This document shows positions 1-9,567 of a DNA stretch of 64,000 nucleotides, piece by piece. Positions within the stretch are counted from its first letter, which is position 1. Every line of letters starts with the position of its first letter. The DNA lies in NCBI GenBank assembly GCA_963674705.1, contig OY771506.1, forward strand, positions 3,232,001 to 3,296,000, in the 5' to 3' direction. The stretch comes from Phycisphaeraceae bacterium. GTDB lineage: Bacteria; Planctomycetota; Phycisphaerae; Phycisphaerales; Phycisphaeraceae. The translations under genes and the position numbers were made by a program. The notes under the pieces were generated by a model. It did no database searches, had not been told where the DNA came from, and saw only the letters and a list, made by a program, of their open reading frames with translations.

Positions 1-149
1 TTGAACTCACCCGCTCCACCGGGGCCGACAACTGGGACGACCCCGTCCGCTCCGCGCTGGAGCAGTGGACCGCGACGGGTGAGCGGATCGAAGAACTCGA
101 AGGCGAACTCAAACTTACCGTGAAGCTGTTACTCACATCACACGAATGA
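1..149 (+). CDS. 3' end of a gene truncated by the window edge (unknown product)
   Basis: Open frame from position 3 (ELTRSTGADNWDDPVRSALEQW...LLLTSHE) ending at TGA 147-149, 21 nt before the next co-oriented gene. Confidence 0.6.
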   Translation, partial: ELTRSTGADNWDDPVRSALEQWTATGERIEELEGELKLTVKLLLTSHE

Positions 150-170
150 ATCGTTTGTTTTTGTACGTGT

Positions 171-542
171 ATGACACCCATCCAACGCAAACGAACAAAG
201 CTCATAATAACCGGGGGGATTCTGTATACGGCGACGTTAACAGTATCAGGATTCCTGGCCATCCTGCCGCCATTTGTAGCGGGTGTGTATCCCTACATTT
301 TTATGAACGGGATGAATGAGACAGGCATCTTCCTGTACATGGGGTTTGGCGTGCTGATCGGTTTGGGCTCGCTTCTGATCGGCGTCCTGTGGGTTTCAAA
401 GTTCATTGCTTCACATTGGAAGCTGGCCGAATACGATTGCCGAGCATGCGGCTATGATTTACGGGGAAGCCTCGACTCTGAAAGCAAGGCCTGCCCCGAA
501 TGTGGTGCAACGTTCAACCAGACGATAGTTAAGGCGAAGTAA
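171..542 (+). CDS. Small membrane protein with C-terminal Zn-ribbon (CRACGYDLRG...CPECG)
   Basis: Two hydrophobic segments followed by CxxCGYDLRG-x-CPECG; the same motif occurs in the array at 55-60 kb. Confidence 0.8.
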   Translation: MTPIQRKRTKLIITGGILYTATLTVSGFLAILPPFVAGVYPYIFMNGMNETGIFLYMGFGVLIGLGSLLIGVLWVSKFIASHWKLAEYDCRACGYDLRGSLDSESKACPECGATFNQTIVKAK

Positions 543-896
543 ATGCAGCGACAAGAAGACGGTGGGATCGTAATCTCTTGCGACTTTTGCGGGACCGACT
601 GGGATGAAGTGATCCCCATGATCGAAGGGCACCGGGGCTCGGTGCTGTGCTTATCCTGCCTCAAGACCGCACTCGATCATAATCAACCTGCAAGTGAAGC
701 ATTCGACTGCACGTTGTGCCTTAGCCACAAACCTGCTGAGATGAAGCGTTGGATTCACCCGCAGCCACAACCATCACCGGGGCTGAATCCCGAAGCCATG
801 CTCTGCTGGGACTGCATACGACTAGCGGCCAAGGGATTCCACAAGGACGCGGAAGTTGACTTCCGCTGGGATTCCTCGAAGTACCCGCCCGACTAA
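543..896 (+). CDS. Double zinc-finger protein (ClpX C4-type-like)
   Basis: CDFCG..CLSC and CTLC..CWDC pairs; abuts the upstream stop. Confidence 0.75.
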   Translation: MQRQEDGGIVISCDFCGTDWDEVIPMIEGHRGSVLCLSCLKTALDHNQPASEAFDCTLCLSHKPAEMKRWIHPQPQPSPGLNPEAMLCWDCIRLAAKGFHKDAEVDFRWDSSKYPPD

Positions 897-956
897 AAAT
901 GTGGCTTTCACACGCTGGATTTCGGCGATCTGATTCTGTTGCGACATCACGCAACA

Positions 957-2234
957 TCATTCGTAAAGTCGTTCCTCGATCTGCTCCGCTAAACGCAGTG
1001 CCGCTTCATAGCGCGGGTTCAACGCAAGCGCCTGGTCGTTGTAGACGTTGGCCTCGGTCGGATCGTTCAGCAGGAAGTGACAGACCGCCAAGTGGTGCTG
1101 AGCGTCGGCCCGTTGCGGATAATCGCGTGTGACTGCATCGAGGGTGTTAACCGCCTGCTTGAGCAGCTTCTGCATCGTGCTCTGGCCGGGATAATCCGGC
1201 AGTGCTTCACTGAGCCCTTCCTCCATCGCCAGTGCCGCCGCGGCATGCTGCCAACACATCGCCAACATCTGCTGACGCTGCCGGCTGCCGGTAATGCTGT
1301 TCAATTTATCCAGCGCGCGGTTCGCCAGTTTAGTCCGTGCACAAGTGCGTGAAAATACAGCCAGTGCAGCCCAGGCTTTGACGGATTGCTTGGAGACGCG
1401 AATCGACTTCCATGCGCTCAACGCTGCGGTGTCAAACCGACCGGCATGGGCGTGGGCAAACGCCAAGGCTTCATAAGCTTCACCACGGTATTCACTATCA
1501 ATCGAAGCAGCCTTTTCCAGCCGTTCGATGGCGACTTCGTCCGCCCCCATCTCGTCTGCTAGCCGGCCTGCTTCCAGAAGTAGACCCGGATCGTCCGGGC
1601 AACTGTTCAGGATCGTACGGTACAACTCATCCGCATCAGCCAGTCGATCCAACTCCCTGCATTGCCTGGCTGCACGCAGCAGCACACTCGGCTCCTGTGT
1701 GTCGGGTTTACTGGTAAGCAGCAGGTCCAGGCCTTCCTGTGGATCGCGCTGCTGTAGTAACTCAGAGAGCAGTCGCCCGGCCGCCTGATCCGAAGGGGAC
1801 AGCCTTACGACGTTGCGCAAGGTGTTGATCGCTTCGTTGAATTCCTTGAGCTTGACGTGCAGACCAGACAGCATCCGGTAGGGGCGCACATCATCCGGCA
1901 ATTGCTCTGCAAGCTTGCGCAGTTGTGTCTCAGCGATACGGTCAAAGCCACTTGCGCTTAGTGCCTCAGCCCGCAGCATCGCCACTTCAGGCGTTTCCGC
2001 ATGCTGGGGCGCTATTTTCTCGTGCGCGCGCAGTGCCGACATCGCCAGGTTCGGGCGGTTCTGTTTCAGATAGATACCTGCCTGCAACACGCGTGCAGCG
2101 ACGTTTTGAGGATCAAGCTCGATCGCACGGCGGATATGACTTAGCGCTTGGTCGTACTGCTTGCAGTGATACGCGGCCTTGGCCAGGTCCAGCCGATCCA
2201 TCGCTTGCTGTTGTTTGTGGATGTTGATACTCAT
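957..2234 (-). CDS. Tetratricopeptide repeat protein
   Basis: Repeated TPR-like helices (AIELDPQNVAA, LSPSDQAA, ALALNPRYEAA). Confidence 0.85.
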   Translation of the reverse strand: MSINIHKQQQAMDRLDLAKAAYHCKQYDQALSHIRRAIELDPQNVAARVLQAGIYLKQNRPNLAMSALRAHEKIAPQHAETPEVAMLRAEALSASGFDRIAETQLRKLAEQLPDDVRPYRMLSGLHVKLKEFNEAINTLRNVVRLSPSDQAAGRLLSELLQQRDPQEGLDLLLTSKPDTQEPSVLLRAARQCRELDRLADADELYRTILNSCPDDPGLLLEAGRLADEMGADEVAIERLEKAASIDSEYRGEAYEALAFAHAHAGRFDTAALSAWKSIRVSKQSVKAWAALAVFSRTCARTKLANRALDKLNSITGSRQRQQMLAMCWQHAAAALAMEEGLSEALPDYPGQSTMQKLLKQAVNTLDAVTRDYPQRADAQHHLAVCHFLLNDPTEANVYNDQALALNPRYEAALRLAEQIEERLYE

Positions 2235-3130
2235 GCCGCGATCTCCTTACGCAGCGCCAGCGCGTGTGGCGAATAAGGCTCACGCTCCAGCCAATCGCGC
2301 AGCCGTTCACGGGCTTCGTCCAGCCGACCCTCAGCGGTTTCTCTGCGGATCAATGCCGACTGCACATCGGGATAGTCCGGGTACTGGGTCGCGACGCACA
2401 GCAAAACCGTGCGCGGCGGCAGTGTGGTTCGGCCGTCGTCACGCAGACGGTCGATCAGCAGGGCAAGTGATGCACAGTAAGGGTCTTCTTCCAGGCCGCG
2501 GTGCGCCCAACGTTGAGCCTGCGCATGATCGCCGGCCAGCACGGCTAACTCCGCCATGGCTTGACAGACCATCGTCATCTGGTGCGGATCATTCTCGAAA
2601 AGCGGGATGATCTTTCGGATCGCCTGACGCAGCAGGTTCACCGTCGTCAGGTCGCGTTTGTGCTTCTGAGCATAAACCAACGTCTGGATGGCCTTGGGCT
2701 CTTGAGCCAGTTCATTGGCTAATTCATCGACGGGGGCGTGGCGCTGGCCACTAAGGTTCTGCGAGCCCGGTGCACTCATCTCGTAGAGCCAGTTGGAAGC
2801 ATCGCGGCCGAACACTTCCTGATACGCCTTACCCAACGCCTCGGCCTCAACGATACTTCCCAGCGAAACAAGCACACTGATTGTCAGCTTGATCTGGCTC
2901 GGACTGCATTGCTCGATCGATTTGGGTGTTACGTGACGTAAGACAACATTTGCATCGTTGTGCCGGCCACGGCGCGCAAGTAAGGCCGCGAGCACGACCT
3001 TGATGTAGGGCGGGCAGCCCGCACGACGGTACACGCTGTGCAACTCAAGCTCTGCTCCCGCGCACTGGCCGGTAAGGCACATCTCGCGTACACGTTTGAG
3101 CAGATTCACATAGTCTTCGTTAACACTCAT
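2231..3130 (-). CDS. TPR-like helical protein, coupled to the downstream TPR gene
   Basis: Helical repeats (LEEDPYCAS, LEREPYSPHA); 4-nt overlap with next gene; start moved to ATG 3130 after a GAGGG SD. Confidence 0.75.
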   Translation of the reverse strand: MSVNEDYVNLLKRVREMCLTGQCAGAELELHSVYRRAGCPPYIKVVLAALLARRGRHNDANVVLRHVTPKSIEQCSPSQIKLTISVLVSLGSIVEAEALGKAYQEVFGRDASNWLYEMSAPGSQNLSGQRHAPVDELANELAQEPKAIQTLVYAQKHKRDLTTVNLLRQAIRKIIPLFENDPHQMTMVCQAMAELAVLAGDHAQAQRWAHRGLEEDPYCASLALLIDRLRDDGRTTLPPRTVLLCVATQYPDYPDVQSALIRRETAEGRLDEARERLRDWLEREPYSPHALALRKEIAA

Positions 3131-3299
3131 CCCTCGTTCCCTATCGCTGCTTGGTTTTCCCATGGTGGCATAGCAAAGCGGACCGGCAATAACACGGTCT
3201 AGCGATCGGATCGGCTGTTATGTCTGGGAGGTTTAGATGAGATAGTGGATTGGTGCGGATTACCGGGCTGGTTGGTGCAGGTTATCTGGACCTTAAGTT

Positions 3300-3785
3300 T
3301 CAAGTGGTTTGAGAAAAGGTTAACCTCACCACCACTTCTCCGTCTCTGATCTCACCGGTAGGCACAAAGCCATGCTTCCTGTAGAACGATCCGGCGGAAT
3401 CGTTGTCAGGTTTATACATCAGGTATATGTCCCTGCTATCAGGTAGCTTTTGAATATGATCGATGACAAGTTTTATGGCTTCGCTGCCATAGCCTTTGCT
3501 TTGGTATTTGCCATCGATCATCAGGTGCCAGAGATAGTATGTCACCCGGCCATCGATCGCGTGCATATGCTCCGGCTCAGCGATGAACAGCATCACGAGT
3601 CCGACCACGTCATGCCCGGCACAGATCGCACGCACCCACGCATTCTTTCGATGAACATAGGCTTCTGATAACGCATAAGCGTTGTCGTCAATCAGTTGAG
3701 TTTGATCCGGAAGCACCTTCAACGCCACAACGTCAGCGACATTGTCCTGGGTGAGTTCACACAACCTGACCTTCTGCGGTTCCAT
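3300..3785 (-). CDS. GNAT N-acetyltransferase (spermine/spermidine acetyltransferase-like)
   Basis: Acetyl-CoA motif YQSKGYG and N..A..FY.K.GF; start taken at MEPQK. Confidence 0.85.
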   Translation of the reverse strand: MEPQKVRLCELTQDNVADVVALKVLPDQTQLIDDNAYALSEAYVHRKNAWVRAICAGHDVVGLVMLFIAEPEHMHAIDGRVTYYLWHLMIDGKYQSKGYGSEAIKLVIDHIQKLPDSRDIYLMYKPDNDSAGSFYRKHGFVPTGEIRDGEVVVRLTFSQTT

Positions 3786-3807
3786 ATTGATGAATGAAAC
3801 GGATCGC

Positions 3808-4935
3808 TCAACCCAAAACAACAAGGTTGTCCTTATGGATCACCTCATCGTAGGCGGCGTTACCGAGCAGTTTCTCGAACTGGCTGGAGCGTTTACCCAT
3901 GATCAGTCGCAGCTCTTCAGCGCTGTAGTTGGTCAGGCCGCGCGCCAGTTCTTTGCCGGTTTCTGATCGGACCAGCAATACATCACCCCGCTCGAATCGG
4001 CCGGTGATCTGCGTGATGCCTGTCGCCAGCAGGCTCTTGTGGCGTTCGCAAATGGCTTTGGCGGCGCCGTCATCGATCTGGATCGTGCCCGACGGACGGG
4101 CGGTCAGGGCGATCCAGCGTTGTCGGCTGTCCATCTTACGTACCGCAGGCATGCAGACAGTGCCTAACCGTTCACCGGAAAGAATACGTGTGATCACATC
4201 TGGTTCCCTGCCCGATGCGATCACCGTCACTTCACCGGCATCCATGACCAATTTGGCGGATTCAAGTTTGGTGCTCATCCCGCCCCGGCCCCATTTGCTC
4301 TTGCCGGATCGGCTCAGCCCCTGGAACGCAGCCATATCGTCGATCAGATCGATGACTTTGCCGTCTTCATCAAGCAAACCGTCCACAGCCGTCAGCAGCA
4401 GCAGGGCGTCGGCCCGAAGAGCGTTGGTCGTCATCGCCGCCAGCAGGTCGTTATCGCCGAACCGCAACTCCTCAACCGCGACCGTGTCGTTCTCATTCAA
4501 GATCGGGATGCAGTCCAGCTCGTGCAGCTTGTTTACGCAGTTGCGGATATTTAGAAACCGCACGCGGTCGTCGAAGTCGGTCCGTGTCAGGACCACCTGT
4601 CCGACAGACATCTTGTATTTAATAAAAGCTTTGTGCCATTCGGTCATCAACTGGCGCTGGCCGACAGCCGCGACCGCCTGCAATTCCGCCAGGTCTGTCG
4701 GACGTTTTTCAATACCCAGGCTAACGCACCCCGCACCCACCGCACCGCTGGAAACCAGCGTGACCTGTCGGCCTTCCTTGCGCAGACCAACAATCTGCTT
4801 GGTAATCCGACGGATAAACGCCGCGTCCAGGCTCGGTTTGTCGCCGTCCTCGACGGTCAATAGCTGCGTGCCGATTTTCACGACCACGTTGCGGGCTTCT
4901 GTCAGCACGGTTTGTCGAAGTTCAGTGGAAGGCAT
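3808..4935 (-). CDS. proB: Glutamate 5-kinase
   Basis: VVKIGT, VSSGAV, NENDTV, FGDNDLLA, GGMSTKL motifs and C-terminal PUA domain. Confidence 0.97.
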   Translation of the reverse strand: MPSTELRQTVLTEARNVVVKIGTQLLTVEDGDKPSLDAAFIRRITKQIVGLRKEGRQVTLVSSGAVGAGCVSLGIEKRPTDLAELQAVAAVGQRQLMTEWHKAFIKYKMSVGQVVLTRTDFDDRVRFLNIRNCVNKLHELDCIPILNENDTVAVEELRFGDNDLLAAMTTNALRADALLLLTAVDGLLDEDGKVIDLIDDMAAFQGLSRSGKSKWGRGGMSTKLESAKLVMDAGEVTVIASGREPDVITRILSGERLGTVCMPAVRKMDSRQRWIALTARPSGTIQIDDGAAKAICERHKSLLATGITQITGRFERGDVLLVRSETGKELARGLTNYSAEELRLIMGKRSSQFEKLLGNAAYDEVIHKDNLVVLG

Positions 4936-4940
4936 ACGGA

Positions 4941-4961
4941 TTAGTGGTTAGTGGTTAGTGG
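4941..4961. repeat. Heptamer tandem repeat (TTAGTGG)x3
   Basis: Three exact copies directly upstream of the proB start. Confidence 0.85.
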
Positions 4962-5000
4962 CTGGTTATTCTAGCTAACGACGAAAGGTTTTCTCCTCCC

Positions 5001-5032
5001 AATGCCGGTCCTGAGCGAAGCGATGGTCCGGG
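5001..5032. repeat. 32-bp REP-like unit (AATGCCGGTCCTGAGCGAAGCGATGGTCCGGG)
   Basis: Near-identical to both arms of the element at 50661-50830. Confidence 0.75.
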
Positions 5033-5055
5033 TATCTTAGGTCTCCTTCTACCCG

Positions 5056-6348
5056 TTATCGCTCAATCCGCGAACAACTCAGCCCCGGGCTCCACAGGAA
5101 CTTATTCAACACGGACGCGTGCCGTTTTGTTGAGCCTTGGCGTGACAGGATAACCTCGCGGCCGCACTTAGCCAGTTCCTCACGTTTCTGGTTGTTATTC
5201 AACAGATCACTGATCGTTTCACCGGGTTTGTCCGTGACGATGATCCCGCCGCCTTGCTTAAGGGCAGCGACCGCATCGGCAAAGTTATGATGGTCCGGGC
5301 CGATCAGGGTGGGCTTACCCAGGGCGACCGGCTCGATCGGGTCCGACCCGCCCCAGCCGTTGAAACTTCGTCCAACGATCACGACATCCGCCAGGCTGTA
5401 AGCCTTACCCAGTTCGCCCATCGTATCCAGCAGGAAAAGCCGCTTGCCCGGGCCGACGGAATCCGGCCTCGTGCGTCTGACAAAGTCATCCGACAGGGCG
5501 GCAACCTCCTCGAAACGTTCCGGTTTGCGCGGCACCAGTACTAGTTGCACATCCTGCGGGCACGCATCGATCAGCATTTTTTCTTCATCCGTGCCGGTCG
5601 AGCCTGCGACGACCAGCGGTCGACTTCGGTCGATCCCCAGTTCTCGAGCCAGGTCTTCAGCACCATCAATGTGATCGATGATCTTCGCAGCGTCCCACTT
5701 CATCGTATCCAGCACATGCACCCGACCGGCTGGAACGCCCATGTACTTGAACCGCTTGGCATAATCCTCGGTCTGTACGCATGCTGCTGACAACGATGCA
5801 AACATCCTGCGGAGTATCGGGCGGAATCGTTTGTAGCCACGGAAGCTGTTGGTGCTCAGTCGGCCATTGATTACCACAACAGGGATCCTACGTTTTGCAC
5901 AGGCCTGTGTGAAGTTCGGCCAGACTTCCAACTCTGTTAATGCTACAAGATTTGGACCCACTCTATCCAAAAATCTGCTAACCGCTCCACTGAAATCAAA
6001 TGGATAACGCACTACTTCATGCCGATCCCCATAGAGTTGGATCGCTCGCGCATATCCAGTGTTCGTTGTCGTGCTGATAACCACCCGCAAGTTAGGATAA
6101 GTATAATTCTCGTCAAAGTACTCGACCAAAGGTTTGATCAGACTAACCTCCCCAACAGATACGGCATGGATGAGAATGCATCCCTGCTCGCCCGGGCCCT
6201 GCTGCATTGCTCTAGATGCGGGAGACTCATATCCGAACCGGCCCCGCCAGTCGGTACGCCACTTGCCTGTGCGCAGCAGCGAATAGCCCCAGAACGGACT
6301 GCTAAGCACTGCCCCCACGAGATACACTACGTCCAACGCTTTACCCAT
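5056..6348 (-). CDS. waaA: 3-deoxy-D-manno-octulosonic acid (Kdo) transferase
   Basis: HAVSVGE, ELEVWPN, INGRLS, VPRKPERF, DTMGEL motifs; start set at MGKAL (7 nt after TAGAAT). Confidence 0.93.
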   Translation of the reverse strand: MGKALDVVYLVGAVLSSPFWGYSLLRTGKWRTDWRGRFGYESPASRAMQQGPGEQGCILIHAVSVGEVSLIKPLVEYFDENYTYPNLRVVISTTTNTGYARAIQLYGDRHEVVRYPFDFSGAVSRFLDRVGPNLVALTELEVWPNFTQACAKRRIPVVVINGRLSTNSFRGYKRFRPILRRMFASLSAACVQTEDYAKRFKYMGVPAGRVHVLDTMKWDAAKIIDHIDGAEDLARELGIDRSRPLVVAGSTGTDEEKMLIDACPQDVQLVLVPRKPERFEEVAALSDDFVRRTRPDSVGPGKRLFLLDTMGELGKAYSLADVVIVGRSFNGWGGSDPIEPVALGKPTLIGPDHHNFADAVAALKQGGGIIVTDKPGETISDLLNNNQKREELAKCGREVILSRQGSTKRHASVLNKFLWSPGLSCSRIER

Positions 6349-6490
6349 GCCAGACATTCTAATTCAAATGACGCGTCATGATGCTGCCCACCCCAGTTTA
6401 GCGCCGCAGCTTGCTGCGGCATGGGGCAGCAAGCTACCCCGCTAAACGGCGGATTGTGCGTATGCCGCCTCGAACCCGTACAATCCCCGC

Positions 6491-8089
6491 ATGGCAAACA
6501 AGTTCTACGTCAGCACGCCGATCTACTACGTCAACGATCGGCCCCACATCGGCCACGTGTACACGACATGTGTCGCCGACGTCGTCGCACGCTATCACCG
6601 CCTGCTCGGGGATGACACCTTCTTCCTGACCGGCACGGACGAGCACGCCGCCAAGGTCGTGGATTCCGCCGCCGCCAACGGCGTGACGCCCATCGAATGG
6701 GCCGACCGCAACGCCAAGGCCTTCCAGGACACCTTCACCCGGCTTGGCTTTTCGCATAACGACTTCATCCGCACCACCCAGGACCGCCACAAGAGCCGGG
6801 TCGAAACCTACGTCAAGCAACTGATGGACTGCGGTGACGTCTACCTCGGTGAATATGAGGGGTGGTACGACGCCGGGCAAGAGGAGTACGTTCCGGAGAA
6901 TAAGGCCAAGGAATACGACTACAAGTCCCCGATCAACGGCAAACCCCTGGTCCGCAAGGCCGAGAAGAACTACTTCTTCCGGCTCAGCGCCTACAGCGAT
7001 GCGCTACTGCAACTGCTCGGTTCCGGCGAAGTTTTTGATGTCAAGCCGGCCGCACGCAAGAACGAAGTCATCGCCCGAATCCGTGAGGGGCTCAACGATG
7101 TGCCGATCTCCCGTACGGGTAGCGGCGACTGGGGCATTAAAGTGCCCGGCGATAATGAGCACACCATCTACGTCTGGATCGACGCTCTGATCAATTACCT
7201 TAGCACGGTCGATACCGATGAGCGGCGTCAGTATTGGCCCGCCGATGTCCACTTCATCGCCAAGGACATCCTCTGGTTCCACGCCGTCATCTGGCCGGCC
7301 ATGTTGGCGTCATTGGCCAAGCAGCCTGAGTATTCGTGGGTCAAGCTGCCGCGGCTGGTTTACGCTCACAGCTTCTGGATTTCTGAAGGCCAGAAGATGA
7401 GTAAATCCCTCGGCAACTTCATCGACCTCGAAAAGATCGACCACTACGTCGAAGTGTTCGGCCTTGATGCCCTGCGCTACTTCCTTGCGACGCAAGGCCC
7501 GATGGGAACGACCGACTCCGACTTTGCCGAATCGAAGTTCATCGAGACTTACAACACCGACCTCGCCAACACACTCGGCAACTGTTTCAGCCGCGTGTCC
7601 AACATGACCAGCCGATACTTTGAGGGCAAACTGCCCGAACCGGGCGAAGAGCCTGAGTCGGCCGCCAAGGTCGAGCATGACCGTGTTGCTGAGAAGGGTG
7701 TCCGCGAATACCGCAAAGCGATGGAAGACCTGGACCTTGCCAAAGCGGCCGAAGCCGCGATGAGTATCGTCCGTGCGGTCGACAGCTACATCGAGGCGAC
7801 CCAGCCGTTCAAGATGGCCAAGCAGGAAAGCGAACTACCCAAGGTCGGCACGGTGCTTTACAACTGCGCCGAAGCGCTGCGTGTCGCATCGGTCTTGCTC
7901 TGGCCCTTCCTGCCGGAAAAGTGCGAACAGCTTTGGCAACGAACCGGCTGCGGCCAATACGCCGAAGCACTGGCTGATAAGGGAACCGGCGACCTGGAGG
8001 CCTGGGCTCAATGGGGTCAATCCAAACCCGGTTCAGCGCTGCAGAAGAGCGACCCACTCTTCCCACGCTACCAGCCACCGAAGGCATAG
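6491..8089 (+). CDS. metG: Methionine--tRNA ligase (short form lacking C-terminal tRNA-binding domain)
   Basis: PIYYVN, HIGH, TGTDEH, YVWIDAL, KMSKS motifs. Confidence 0.97.
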   Translation: MANKFYVSTPIYYVNDRPHIGHVYTTCVADVVARYHRLLGDDTFFLTGTDEHAAKVVDSAAANGVTPIEWADRNAKAFQDTFTRLGFSHNDFIRTTQDRHKSRVETYVKQLMDCGDVYLGEYEGWYDAGQEEYVPENKAKEYDYKSPINGKPLVRKAEKNYFFRLSAYSDALLQLLGSGEVFDVKPAARKNEVIARIREGLNDVPISRTGSGDWGIKVPGDNEHTIYVWIDALINYLSTVDTDERRQYWPADVHFIAKDILWFHAVIWPAMLASLAKQPEYSWVKLPRLVYAHSFWISEGQKMSKSLGNFIDLEKIDHYVEVFGLDALRYFLATQGPMGTTDSDFAESKFIETYNTDLANTLGNCFSRVSNMTSRYFEGKLPEPGEEPESAAKVEHDRVAEKGVREYRKAMEDLDLAKAAEAAMSIVRAVDSYIEATQPFKMAKQESELPKVGTVLYNCAEALRVASVLLWPFLPEKCEQLWQRTGCGQYAEALADKGTGDLEAWAQWGQSKPGSALQKSDPLFPRYQPPKA

Positions 8090-8091
8090 AG

Positions 8092-8166
8092 TTAGCCACA
8101 AATAAACGCCAATCAACGCGAATAAAGCCATCCTATTCGCGTCTATTTGCGTTCATTCGCGGCTAA
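8092..8166. repeat. Imperfect palindrome of ~10-nt periodic units (TAGCCAC family) between convergent metG and nth
   Basis: 33-nt arms 8092-8124 and 8134-8166 are inverted repeats with 6 mismatches; may double as a terminator. Confidence 0.8.
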
Positions 8167-8173
8167 TTTGTAT

Positions 8174-8845
8174 TCACTCCACCCCAACCTGCGGACACGA
8201 CTTCAGTAGCGCACAATCCTCGCACTTGGGATTGCGTGCTTTGCATGGCCCGCGGCCGTGGTGGATCAGCAGGTGACTTAGCATCGTCCAGTTTTCCTGC
8301 GGGATTAACGCCATCAAGTCCTGTTCGACTTTTTTCGGGTCTTTCTGTTTGGTCCATCCGAGTCTGACACTGAGCCTGCCGACATGGGTATCGACGACGA
8401 CACCGATGTTCTTGCCGAACGCGTTACCGAGTACGACATTCGCGGTTTTACGTGCGACGCCCGGCAGTTCGAGCAGCTTCTCCATCGTGTCAGGTACTTT
8501 GCCGCCATGATCCTGCATGATCGCGATGGCTGCGCCCTTGATATTCTTGGCCTTGTTCCGGAAGAAGCCGGTGGTCTTGACGAGTTCTTCCAGATGCTCG
8601 ATCTTCGCCTCAGCCATCTTTGCCGGGGTGGGGTAGGCCTTGAACAACGCGGGGGTGACGATGTTCACCCGTACGTCCGTACACTGTGCCGAGAGGATCG
8701 TCGCGACCAGTAGTTGGAACGGACTTCTATGATCCAGCGCGCAATGGGCTTGCGGATACAGTTCTTCCAGCTTCTTATAAACCCGCGCCGCCTGTCGCTT
8801 CAAAGCCGGATCGACCTTGGACTTTTTTGTTGTTTTCTTCGCCAT
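8174..8845 (-). CDS. nth: Endonuclease III
   Basis: LSAQCTD, HhH LPGVARKTANVV, VDTHV, C-x6-C-x2-C-x5-C Fe-S motif; start at MAKKT. Confidence 0.97.
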   Translation of the reverse strand: MAKKTTKKSKVDPALKRQAARVYKKLEELYPQAHCALDHRSPFQLLVATILSAQCTDVRVNIVTPALFKAYPTPAKMAEAKIEHLEELVKTTGFFRNKAKNIKGAAIAIMQDHGGKVPDTMEKLLELPGVARKTANVVLGNAFGKNIGVVVDTHVGRLSVRLGWTKQKDPKKVEQDLMALIPQENWTMLSHLLIHHGRGPCKARNPKCEDCALLKSCPQVGVE

Positions 8846-8894
8846 GACAGACAATCATAGCGATCGAAAGCCGTGTCGCCGAGGTGGAGGTATA

Positions 8895-9010
8895 GCCACG
8901 AAAAGGCACATAAACCACAAGATGGCTGTCTCTTGACACCCCAAAGCACGCAAGCATAGCCAGCGATTTTTAAATGAGTCCTTTTTGTGTCTTCTGTGCC
9001 TTTTCGTGGC
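8895..9010. repeat. Element with 26-bp terminal inverted repeats (GCCACGAAAAGGCACA...)
   Basis: 8895-8920 vs 8985-9010: 16 nt perfect, 3 mismatches over 26 nt. Confidence 0.8.
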
Positions 9011-9018
9011 AAAAAGAT

Positions 9019-9567
9019 TTACCGCTCAGCCAGCTTCAGCGCCGCAAGGTAATCGATCCGCTCGATCCGGTTCAGCAATGAAGGCAGGTCATCCGCCGCC
9101 AGGAACAGGCCGCGACCTATCAATACCGCTTCGGTGGATTTACCAAGCACATCGCGCATCGCGTTATTGTCTTGTCCGTTGATAACCGGGATCGATTCGC
9201 CGCAAAGCTCCAGCCGATCGCTGCCGGCCTGCATCTTCAGCAGCGTTGCGATCTTGACCGATTCGATCTCAGCCGATGCTTTCAGTAATGCGCCGTCTTC
9301 ATCGATATGTGTCTGGTAGACATCCCGGTGCGGTTGCCAGAGATCGGTAGGCAGGTTTTCTCCTCCGTGTACATCCTCGCCGCCGATGTCCACGCAGGTC
9401 AGGTCGTCCGGCTTCAGGTCGATTCTGCGTTTGCCGACCGGCGTCACCAGATAGCGTCTGCGGTGCAACTCGCTGCAAAGCATCCCGTCGGCGCCGATGA
9501 TCCAGCCCCGGGTCCACAACTGATTGATCGCCTGACAGAACTGCTCGCGTATTGCTTGTTCATCCAT
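9019..9567 (-). CDS. Class II aldolase/adducin-fold protein, apparently degenerate
   Basis: RGWIIGADGML, LVTPVG..L.PDDL..VD pattern; usual HxH and NHG metal ligands not visible. Confidence 0.7.
   Translation of the reverse strand: MDEQAIREQFCQAINQLWTRGWIIGADGMLCSELHRRRYLVTPVGKRRIDLKPDDLTCVDIGGEDVHGGENLPTDLWQPHRDVYQTHIDEDGALLKASAEIESVKIATLLKMQAGSDRLELCGESIPVINGQDNNAMRDVLGKSTEAVLIGRGLFLAADDLPSLLNRIERIDYLAALKLAER

Noticed and set aside
3929..4951. Long antisense and alternate-frame ORFs (e.g. 3929-4951 +, 28346-29122 +, 35972-36715 -, 53758-54531 -)
   Set aside because: They shadow well-supported genes, lack motifs, and are expected in GC-rich DNA with strong codon bias
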